Position numbers and translations under genes: made by a program
Shown here: piece by piece, positions 53,593-64,000 of the stretch
How the letters are laid out: every line of letters starts with the position of its first letter
How positions within the stretch are numbered: the stretch's first letter is position 1
Source: Trichoplax adhaerens
Lineage: Eukaryota; Animalia; Placozoa
Direction of reading: 5' to 3'
DNA: 64,000 nt
NCBI RefSeq assembly: GCF_000150275.1
Contig: NW_002060946.1
Coordinates: 4,607,454 to 4,671,453 of the forward strand
The notes under the pieces: generated by a model
What the model was told of the DNA's origin: nothing
Databases searched by the model: none
Seen by the model: the letters and a program-made list of their open reading frames with translations, nothing else

Positions 53593-55284
53593 ATGGTAGG
53601 TAACAAATAGACTATCGACATTCGTTATTTGCAATTTGGACTATCGACACATCTTAAACCAATTTCAGTTTTGAATGATCGACGTGAATAATGTAATATT
53701 GTTGCTATAGAGTATCCAGAAATTGTATTACATGCTTTCAATTCGGTGATATTTTGCTTGAATAACTCAAATAGCCCAGGCAATTGCACTTCCTACGCGT
53801 GAAAATGTCCGTTTCACTTTTTCCAATATCGACGCTAATAATGCCAATTAGTATTCACAACTTGTGCTTGTTGGTGAAAATTCTTGATAGTTTGCTTTGA
53901 TAGTTCGGTTGATGAAATGATTCTCCATCGATACTGGATATTTAGCATATTTTACTGTAATAAAACATTTTTCCGTCTTCATGATGGCACCCGTTACAGA
54001 ATGCAGTATGCGCGTACAGTAGTGTGTAGTATAATGTATGGACGCAAAAGAGGATACTGTAATGCTCAAGAATAAGTTACATATCAAACACCTACTTAGT
54101 AGGGCAATTTTAATACTCTTTCTTATGAGTGTTGTATTCAATGTGTATATTTCACCAGATGTAATGATGGCATATTGATATTGTTCAGGTTTTTACGCGA
54201 TTTGTGGAAATCGGTCGTGTTGTACTGGTCAACACTGGCCCAGACGCTGGTAAACTATGTGTTATAGTTGATGTAATCGACCAAAGAAGGGTAAGCATGA
54301 TACGATGCAATTAATGACAACAATATCATGAGTTGACTGTAATCAGACGCAATGTTAGATAGGTAGCATGAATAGTACTAGTATTAATAATGTTGTACAC
54401 ACTGTTTGGACTTACTGTGCTAATTGAATTGATTCCTCGAACAACTTGCAAATACGTTGCTATCTACTCTCAATTACAGTGGATGCAGCAGACATTACTA
54501 TGTAATTATACCATATTCAGTCAAGTTCAACGCATCGTAGAAATTCTTAATAACTAAATCGTTATAATACTGTATCATGATGTGTAATACTGAAACTGAT
54601 AGCATCGTATGTACCATTAAAATCCTCGATATACAATTGATAACGAATCAAAATTCACTTCTGTTCAATTTGATTTTCTCTCCAGGCTTTGGTAGATGGA
54701 CCATCTACGAATGTCAAACGACAAGCCATGAACTTTTCAAACATGTCATTGACCACATTCGTTCTACCTAAGTTAGCTCACTCTGTTCATTCCAAGAAAG
54801 TGAGACAAGCTTTCGATTCTGAGAAAATTCTGGAAAAGTGGAATGAAACTGCTTGGGCTAAGAAGCTTCGGACACGAACTGTTAGAAGAAATCTGACCGA
54901 TTTTGATCGATTTAAAGTCAAGAGAGCTAAACAAAAGGTGCGCTATCGTCATGATAAGATTAGATTTATCTTTAACTTACTGTAATTTCACCATTTAGTT
55001 ACGTATATATTACTTTAGTGGAAGTTCCACTCGCCAGTTTAATGTGATCAATATACAATAATGAGTGAACTACTTGCATCAGACGGTTCTGCTGAATGCT
55101 AAATATTGATCAGCTTTATGCTTCAAGCAGTAGCACGAGCACTGAAGTAATCGATTGGTACTTCTCTCTCATAATAATAAAGTATGCTATTTGTTAATCA
55201 TGATCTATTTCAATTTTGTAATTACAGAAAGCCAGGCTAATTAACGGCGAAGTGAAAAAACGTAGACGCGCATCAAAGCAATAA
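53593..55284 (+). CDS. RPL14: 60S ribosomal protein L14 (eL14), 4 exons; exon 1 encodes only the Met
   Basis: ATG|gtagg, then [34 protein letters not shown] / [15 protein letters not shown]...WAKKL...[15 protein letters not shown] / [18 protein letters not shown]. Confidence 0.97.
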
Positions 55285-56113
55285 AGATATTGTTTGTTGT
55301 ATATTAGATTTGTCAAATGTTATAATCAAATAAAAACTTTCGTTCGTGTCTTCTGTGAATAATAATATACGTGCCATGATGTTTCTTTGAGCTGAAACTG
55401 TAAGTTTCGAAAGTGACTAATTGCTGTGTATCGCTACTCTGCAGCTATTGAAATTTAATATAACAGCTAACTTTATAGCGGCTACCGGTTATGCACCAAA
55501 AAAATGAATTTCATTGATGCATGGCGTAATGCGATCATATGCAGTAGTTAATTTGATCTTTCACGTTTTACAGTTCCTAGTATCTAGAAATATAGATCTG
55601 CAAAAAAATTGCAAATTTCGAGCATTTTAGCCATCGGATACACGCGTATCTGCAGTTTTCACAACTCTTCAATCTGCGACTACCGCAAATACAGATGCCC
55701 ATCAAAATGCTACCTCTTTGACGTAATTAGATGATGTCTATCAAGTATCCATTCCATTTAAAATTTACTTTTGGAATCTTATGTTAGATACTCTTGCCGA
55801 TACAGTAGCAGTTCGAAATACTAAGGGTGTACGTTCGGACAGTATTTAGGGGTTATTTCGATTTTAAACTATCGAATTGGAGTAGAATCTCCGTAGACTA
55901 GCTTGATTACTATTATGTACTGTAATCATTATAATGAAAACTTTGCAGTGTATTTCTACTCGCATCAGCGGTTGAATTCATGGCAAAGATTCAGGCTATT
56001 GCACTTCGTGACATACTGGTGTCGGTAAATAGGGCTGTAAAGTGAACTGCTGTAATTCAATATCTAGAGCAATCGGAAGGGCAGATATCGAGTAGGCAAC
56101 TTGTTGCCCGGGT

Positions 56114-56147
56114 CATGGACTACTAGAAGAAGACCCAGTAGTCCATG
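56114..56147. mobile_element. Mini-hairpin element with CATGGACTACT arms (copy 2, between RPL14 and PSMD7 3' ends)
   Basis: CATGGACTACT-agaagaagaccc-AGTAGTCCATG. Confidence 0.55.
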
Positions 56148-56719
56148 CTTGAATGTAGGGATGCAATTACGAAAAATAGCATTGATTTTCCATAACACAG
56201 TTTTTAGGCACTAGAATATTATCGCCAAGCCGTTACCAGGTAGGTAATTGCATCCTTGCAAATCATTTCATGCTAACCTGCAACTCAATCATGTTATAGT
56301 GAAGATTTAGATTATATACATTCTCTTTATTCTCACCGAATTTATCTAATTAAAGAAAATTACATAAAAGAGAAACTCAGTAAATCTACAATACATCAAC
56401 TTTGAATGTACGTCGTACGGTGCATGAGTTACATTAATCTCACGAATATTTTAATTATCTCCAATTGATGAACAGTGATTGCATTATGCAATCCATTTCA
56501 TGTCAAAATTTTAGGAGCTCTTTAACAGATCTTTCAGAGAACAGAGGAAAATCTAAAAATTTATGTATTGTATCATTTACAAAAATGGATAAGGAAGACG
56601 TCGTTTATCAAGATATAATAACAAATAACATAGAAAGTTATAAAATACTCATGGCGTTGACTATACCAATTAGGCGACGTAGCCCTAGCAAGTAGAGTTG
56701 GTTAATCAATAATAAAAGC

Positions 56720-58812
56720 CTACTTTTCATTTTTAGATTCCTTCGAATTCGAACTATCCGATGACCCCTTTTGCTCGTCTGATTTCTGAGAATTGCTAGA
56801 CGAACCTATAAATTTATGTCAGTAATAGTCTTGAGTATTGTACTCAATTTCATGTCGAAAGTAATGGATTATAATGTATTCTAGATGAAATTACGGTGTG
56901 AGTAAAATATAGATCGATACATACCTTGGTTATCCGATTTATCCGGTTTATCAGAACTACTTTCTTCGTTTAGTTCGGCATTTCTATTCGCTTCTTTGTT
57001 ATTGATCAGATTATGCAAGGCAATAATAGCTCGTATCATTGAAGCTAAATACATCACCAACATCTGGTCGTTTGTTTTGACAGTGAATGTTTTAGCAAAC
57101 TCTTCAACGTTCACATTCGGCAACAAATTATTTATTTCTTGTAATGTATAAATTGTTTGATGATTGAGAGGCAATTTTCCCTGTATCACTTTATCTAAGT
57201 ATTTTGTGATTCCGTCCAGTTCTAACTGCGCTCCTTTTAAAGATTGTAAATAACTGGTGATGCGTTGAGACAATGTTCCAGCCGTGGAATCTTTTATATC
57301 TCTAAAGATTCAATCATTTTATTAGTTGTATTCATCAACAGCATTAAAAAGGGGGATAGTTAAACTACCGCTGTAGTACAATAAGATTTAAAACAAATTC
57401 AATATAGACCTTAACAAGTGTTCTACTCCAACTTCTTCAGGCTCTTCTGCGCCAATTTCACTAGGTAGGTTCTCAAAAGTTTTACTTGTTGGTGTGCCAT
57501 CCTAGAGATATTCCATAGTCAATGTAATAGTCCAGCACATTTCTTAAGTAAGACTGTTTAAAAATCCTTACTGAATAGTAAACTTACGTCATGGACTTCT
57601 TCGATCGCTATAAAAGCATCCGTCGGAATCCCCAAATCTTTAGGTTGAGCATCAATAATGACTAAAACCTAATGTATAGTGAATCCATACAATCAATACT
57701 AGCTTACTAAAATATGACCTGCAAGCATTGGTGCTAGACTGATCCAGCTGTATAGTGTCATTTTTTTTGTAGTTAATTACCAATTCTACCATCATTTTAC
57801 TGTACTCACCGGATTTGCTACGAAGCGTTTTAAGACTTCGTTGACGGATATATCATTACTGTGGATTTTCGGTCCGGTATGATACCAACCAACCACTTTC
57901 TCACGAGCTATATAGAGTCAAAAGAAAGAACCCATTTACTTTTGAATGGTGATGGTGTTGGAAAAGGTAGGCAAATGAATGACCGTAAGATCAGTTCAAT
58001 GGAGTGCAAAATTACAATTTGAAAAGTAAATGTGCAAGGCTCAATCAATGAGCTATTTTTAGCATTAACTTTACCGTTGACTTTTTTGAACATGGCATAC
58101 ATGTTTTCTAGATAATCATGATCTAGGTACCAGATATCAGGATTTTTTTCTTCTTCTTCGAATGGAACTAAAAAAGGCGCAGAGGATACGTCTTTTAATG
58201 AATATTATGAATTCATGACATCATCTACTATACAGACAAGTACTGGACAATTTGATAGTGGTTTAACCACTCTGACTGATCCAATATTTATGGTATCTTT
58301 AGTGATATTCCTAAGTGGACAAGTTGTTGTTATTAATGTAGTTTCCTTCAATGAAATGTTTCATTGATTGGGTCCATCTATTAACCTAGTGTACAGTACA
58401 GCCATTGAATCCATCACTGTATGTTGTATTGTCCAATTCTACCGTAGCTCAATTGTTAGACTGTCAGTGGTGTATTTTTAAAGCTATTTGCCAGCAGACT
58501 AGCTCCCTTGCAGTCAATTCAATTTCTTTCAGTCGAGTATTTCAATGTTTTAGCTATCGTATACGCTGGCAACTATTCAATGTACAACGATGACTGCATG
58601 TTGCACTCAAGTAGTATCATTTGGTTTGGAAAGAGATGGAAAAAATTCAAAACTCTCTTACCAGCAAAGCTATTGGATACATCTAAAATTTGACCTTTCA
58701 AAGAACCAAGCAAGATACCAACCACTCTTTTATCATTTAACCTTTTAAAATGATCTACTACGCTTAATAAGACCGTAGGATGGACGACTACTTTCTCTGG
58801 TTTAGTTATCAT
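56720..58812 (-). CDS. PSMD7: 26S proteasome lid subunit Rpn8/PSMD7 (7 exons)
   Basis: [105 protein letters not shown] and [28 protein letters not shown]. Confidence 0.97.
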
Positions 58813-58927
58813 GATTTCAATTTGCCAACACAGTCAGTACAATCTTCCTTCTTCTTATGGCGCTGATGAATCAATCTTGACACTGTCCGGACAACTGGAG
58901 ATTGATTTTCCACAAGCGTGAGTCAAC

Positions 58928-59955
58928 GTACAGTACTGACAGACAGAGCAGTGCCACAGCCCTGTACTGTACTGTACCGTACGCACCGCGTTGCATACTC
59001 ACGGTGACTCACCAGTCCACAGTGTACAGTGTACAGTAGTTTAGTTCTGTACTGTACACTGTACACTGAGTATGCTGTACTTTGCAGCTACTGTTCCAAT
59101 CGTGTGTAAAAACTTGGGGAGTACAGAGTCAGATTAATTTCGATGCCACCCTGAAAAGATAGAATTGTGTAAGTTAAATCAGGCCCAAACTAGATCAATT
59201 CTAGATGTCGTTGTAGCCTAATAACTAAGAAATGCCAGTTTCGTTCTTATTTCTCAAAAAATTCTACATTTTTCCCGTAAAATTGGTTAAAAGTCTTTGT
59301 CATTGGCAAGTATCATTGTTGGCAAATCGCGCTCTGCGTTTTCGCAATGACAGTTATTATACTGTACAGTACTGTACTGTACAATGTGTATGGTACCTTA
59401 TTGTACTGTATGGTTTTAGTTTTAGTGACCATTTCATCACCAGTTCAGACTGCACAGTAAATGTATCGCTGTACCGTTCCACGATCGTTCCGAACCGTAT
59501 CTACAGTATGTACAGTACAGTACACTGTGTACTGTACAGTATACTGTCCTGTACACTGTACAGTACATTCTACAGTAGATACGGTTCCATTTCATCACCA
59601 GTTGAGAAAATACAGTACAGTACAGTATGTCTCATCTCCTTCCATCCCATCGCATTTTACAGTATTTTCACTTCACTTCCCGTCCTGTTTGTCCCGTAAC
59701 TAGTCTACTGTACTACCATTAATGAAGATGTTACAGACTTCTGACCGGACCGAAACGCGACGGGATCCGACCAGACGGAACGACAGCAAAAAAGAAAGAA
59801 AAGGGACAGGAAACGGTCGTTGACTGTAGTAATAATTGCCAAGCGGTTTATTTTCCTCTTCATTTCATCTGTATCGTACATGTGTAACGGCACACCATAC
59901 TGTCCCGATGAATATCGAAATTAGCTGCTCATTGATTTTATACAGTACAGTATGG
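58928..59955. repeat. TACAG/CTGTA islands in the PSMD7 / coiled-coil gene divergent region
   Basis: Dense blocks at ~58928-59080 and ~59358-59630, plus 59941-59952. Confidence 0.88.
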
Positions 59956-61246
59956 TGGTATACGGTGTCATGGATACCGACCGTATAGTAAAATGACCGG
60001 CAAAATGATCAGCCTCCCAATGATTTGGCATTGACGGCCGTTTCCTATCCCCTTTTTCATTTTTCTACCAGTCGTTGACGAGGTGGTCAATAACTTTCTA
60101 CATACGCGTACATAGCTTATGACTACAGAAAGAGAGGAAAAGTTGTAATTCAAGACTGTTGAGTAGAAAAAAAAGTGTTGAATTTACAATTGAAGTAATA
60201 CATGACCATCATGCGAAAGTATCCAAATGGAATATTGACTAAAGCCTATGCTATAAACGTTAATTGACTTCATAATAAATGAACAACGGTATGATGTTGT
60301 CATCAATACCAAACGGTGGGACACCTTGGTAGGCAATCCTTACTGCATATTGTAATTTACTTACATGAATTATACTGCACGATAGATACATGTCGAGATC
60401 TCTGCGTGAAATAATTCAATACAAATTATGGGAAACCTCGATCAGATGCGCCTAATGATAATTCTCTGCGCATTACCGTATCATAAATAGTTCAAGCTTA
60501 ATTACATTTGATAGACTTATTCTTTCGTAGTCCTTGCAACTGCGAGAGAGGTATTGTAAACTACTTCGTCACTATAGCAACGCAGAGTTCTTACTTTCCG
60601 CTTGAGGTTTATTTACGGAGTGCGTTTATTAAGGCAGTGGCAGTGAAAAAATAGCTTTGTCTAATGGTGATTGATCTATTGTATAACTCTCTTATACAGG
60701 GAAATATTTCATCAACAATACAACTATTCACCGCACTATGTACATGCAAACTACGAGTACATCTTGTAACACTTTTAGCTCGTCGAGTTCCCTACCGTGA
60801 ACGAACTACCTGTACCTTGGTATACAGAGACTACTACTTCCTAATACTTTTCATAATTTACCTTTACCAGCTTGAAATAAGTCGATGATTGGCATTCTCA
60901 ATCTTACCATCGACTGTGTTATATAAAGAATATTTGTAATTTAACCTCTTCTATTTCAAAGTTTTTTACTTTTTTAATTAATTAACTGCAATCTACTTAC
61001 GTACGTGATTGCTCCACACAATTCATGGACTGAGAAAAAATCGAGGACGAATTTACAAATTCGTAAACCTGCTGGAAGAGGTTAGTTAAGAGATTAGATC
61101 ATTTGGCCTCTCATTAACCTTCAAGACATCTATTCTTATCGATTATAATATCGACCAATGTATCACATGAATTTGAAGAACTTACAATTTTAATACAAAC
61201 CCTTCGATATCGACGATAAAGTTATTGCTGTACACGTATATTCAAT

Positions 61247-63128
61247 ATGCAGCCGGAGTCACAAGCTGAACGCTTAACCTCCAAACATATTAAAACTTTA
61301 AACTATTTGCAATTAATCTTGAAGCAAAAAGGTGAACTAGAAAATAAAATTGCCGACTTAGAGGTGAGAAAGTGACAAGCAGATAATGTCTCTGTTTTAT
61401 TCTATCTAACTTTTGTGACTTGTATAATATATTAAGATCAGACCAGATGCGCGTCAAGATAGTTCGCTAATTACCTTGTACAATGTTACTAATCTTCAAT
61501 GCTAACAATAGATTTATAAACTTCCTTTCATTCACTAGGATCAACTCGCCGATGCTAATGAAAATATCAGATTAGCCGATCGACGTTTCGAAGAACTAAA
61601 AAGAGAATCAGAAGATGGCTTAGAAGCTAAAATCGCAGAACTTGAATCGAAACATCAAGCAGAGGTAACTAGTAAAGAAAGATCGCATACGACTTAAAAA
61701 CTTATAATATTATTATTAATCGCGTAGTTAGCCTCATATTCTAATGATAAATTGATATTACTGTAAGTGAAAGTCAGCCGATTAAGGGCTATATACTGTC
61801 CAATGTAATCGGATAATTTTTTCATCTTAATGCGGTAAAATGCAAAGTTTACTCCCTTGCCCATTTCGTGTAACTCGTTATACTTTCAGGAAATAAGGGA
61901 CAAGAAATCAGTCTCATAGTTAAAAGAGCGCGAGTTTGTTAATATCTGCTATCATTAATGATAGGTTGTACAACTAATGAAGGGAAAGCTTGAGGTTGGA
62001 AAGCAATGGCAAAATGAAGTACAAAATGTAAGATAAAAATAAACATCTAATAAACTATCACTGAGTTATCGCTACCATTCGAAAATAATTGTTAATGATA
62101 AATCCCTTGTCCTAGAAAATTGTAATAAATCATTCTTGATAATACATGGTATATGCATCTAAACACTTTTATTCATTTTTTTCTAATGAATTTTAGATGC
62201 GAGACCGCGTGAAAACTTTAGAGGAGGAAAATAAAGCTTTATTAGCTAAAACCAAACTTGCAAATCAGTATGAAGATAAAATTAAGGTAAAAGAACTTGC
62301 TACTTTCTTATATACGGGTAACTTAATAACGTAAATATTCTCTCTCTCTATTTATATTTTATACGGTAATAAAGCTCTTATCAGTAGATTATTGTAATAA
62401 AATACGAAAGAAAATTATTAGATTAATCAGTTGATGCCAAACTATTTTAGGAATTGTTCAGTGAATTGGACAGAGCAATAAAGAAAATTGAAGATCTTAA
62501 ATTAGTTAATGAAAAAGTACTGCAAGAAAAAAATAAAATTAGGGAAGAATCTAATAGCTATTACGAAAAAGTGAAAAGTACAAAACAATCTTTAAAAATG
62601 TCGACCCAGAGGATCGAAGAATTGGAACGACAAATTAAAATGAAGGAAGAAATTATTAAAGAAGAAACAGCTCAAGTTAACATACTAAGTGAAAAAATCC
62701 TATTTACTGGTCGAGAAAATCAAAAACTAATTTCCTCTAATAAAGAATTACAAAAAAAGGTTAAAAAGCGTATACATCAAATGGAAGAATTGGAAAATTC
62801 AACTGTATCACTACGTGAAGAAAGGAGTGTATTAGCTGATCAAGTTTCTAATTTATCAGTAGATTTGGAAAGAATGAATAATTTATATGCCAAAGCGGTA
62901 AATCCAAGTATGGGCGGGCATTTCAAGGAGTTTGTTAAATTACGCCGTGACTTTAACAACTTAAGAGAAGAGAATGAAACTTTACATTGTAAATTGCGTG
63001 TTAAAATGTCGAATTATTTACCTTTATTAAAAGCTAGCGTTACCTTCAAATCATCTACTAGCAACAAGCTTCACAACAATAGCGATGTGACAAGTAGCCG
63101 ATGGGTTTCGTCCAATTTATTAAAGTAG
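61247..63128 (+). CDS. Uncharacterised coiled-coil protein (at least 5 phase-0 exons; true 5' end uncertain)
   Basis: In-phase exons ~61247-61363, ~61539-61664, ~61965-62027, ~62197-62286 and ~62451-63128 are E/K/L-rich heptad sequence (LKQKGELENKIADLE / DQLADANENIRLADRRFEELK / FKEFVKLRRDFNNLREENETL). No family recognised. Confidence 0.7.
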
Positions 63129-64000
63129 TTGCTAAATAAAGGTGTCGATCCAATTTACAAGATAGAATATCAACTTTGAAAATTATTAGTTTGCTATCTT
63201 TAATTTTACTGAAAAAATCTACTTCATTTATGTCACTACTGATTTATAATTTTTGATAATTATGATTTATAGTACGCTATAGACACTATCGCGTACACGC
63301 ATTTAATAAACTTTAATCTTGCTAAACAGGGTCCGTAGTAGCATCAACGACTATGATGATTGTAAAACAACGTACTGTACAAAAGTTGATGGGATTGTAT
63401 GTAACAGATCGTAGATATTGCTAGTACAAAACTGCATACATCTGATATTTGTAAATGATTCATTGTATCAATATTTGTTCTAAGAGCATCAAAATTTTAT
63501 TAGCTTCACTTAATTAAAATTGAAGGATCTACTAAAACGACGTTGACTTTGTTAAAATATCTTATTGCCAACATCTTATTACGTATTGCTGTCTAATGTG
63601 CCATCCATTAATCCTAAGTATAAATAACCAGAAATTGTCTATGCAGTTTTTTAAAAGTAGAGGCGAAAAATTCTATCATCTTTTGAAATAATGTACTTAT
63701 GCCTTAAAGTATATGATTTTATCATTTTCTATGTCAACTTTAAAGCCAGCTTTGAAAATATCTAGATGGCATTGCTTAATATTTTTGAAATAATGAGCGG
63801 TACAAAGAATCGAGAAGTTTTTAATCGATTTCCTTATATTACAATTGTGCTTGAATATCATGTCAGCTTATTGATTTAAAAAGATGATTTTTAAATTCGA
63901 AGTAAAGAAATAAAATGATATTTGAATACTTAGTACAATGCGAATACTTGCAAAATAACACATTGCATATATGGACAGCTAGTACTTCATCTCTCTAGAT

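Noticed and set aside
60940-61080. U12 (AT-AC) intron before the candidate exon at ~61021
   Set aside because: No ATATCCTT/GTATCCTT donor or TCCTTAAC branch site found upstream.

Overview
This is AT-rich, gene-dense eukaryotic DNA with short GT-AG introns and metazoan gene content. It looks most like a placozoan (Trichoplax-like) genome, but the organism call is inference. Gene order: a cadherin-repeat gene (-, runs off the left edge), a ~10.8 kb gene-free region, then PIGT(-), a lone replication-type histone H4(+), TMEM189/PEDS1(-), KLHDC1/2-like(+), RBM18(+), SSNA1(-), TTLL9(+), PDRG1(-), a 5 x 170-bp tandem array with an unexplained 1.1-kb segment, Rab22/31(+), PEPD(-), RPL14(+), PSMD7(-) and an unknown coiled-coil gene(+). 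Genes were assembled by manual translation and splice-site reading, so exon edges are approximate. Four observations stand out. (1) Self-complementary TACAG/CTGTA 'islands' mark nearly every housekeeping promoter but not the cadherin upstream region, and only weakly the ciliary-gene promoter, which carries RFX X-boxes instead. (2) Each 170-bp repeat unit reads as one 78-nt symmetric exon plus a 92-nt intron and would splice into a Cys-paired 26-aa peptide repeat with GR/KK motifs. (3) The convergent TTLL9-PDRG1 pair matches the human arrangement. (4) Several tiny hairpin transposon relics are present, one with a perfect 8-bp target-site duplication.
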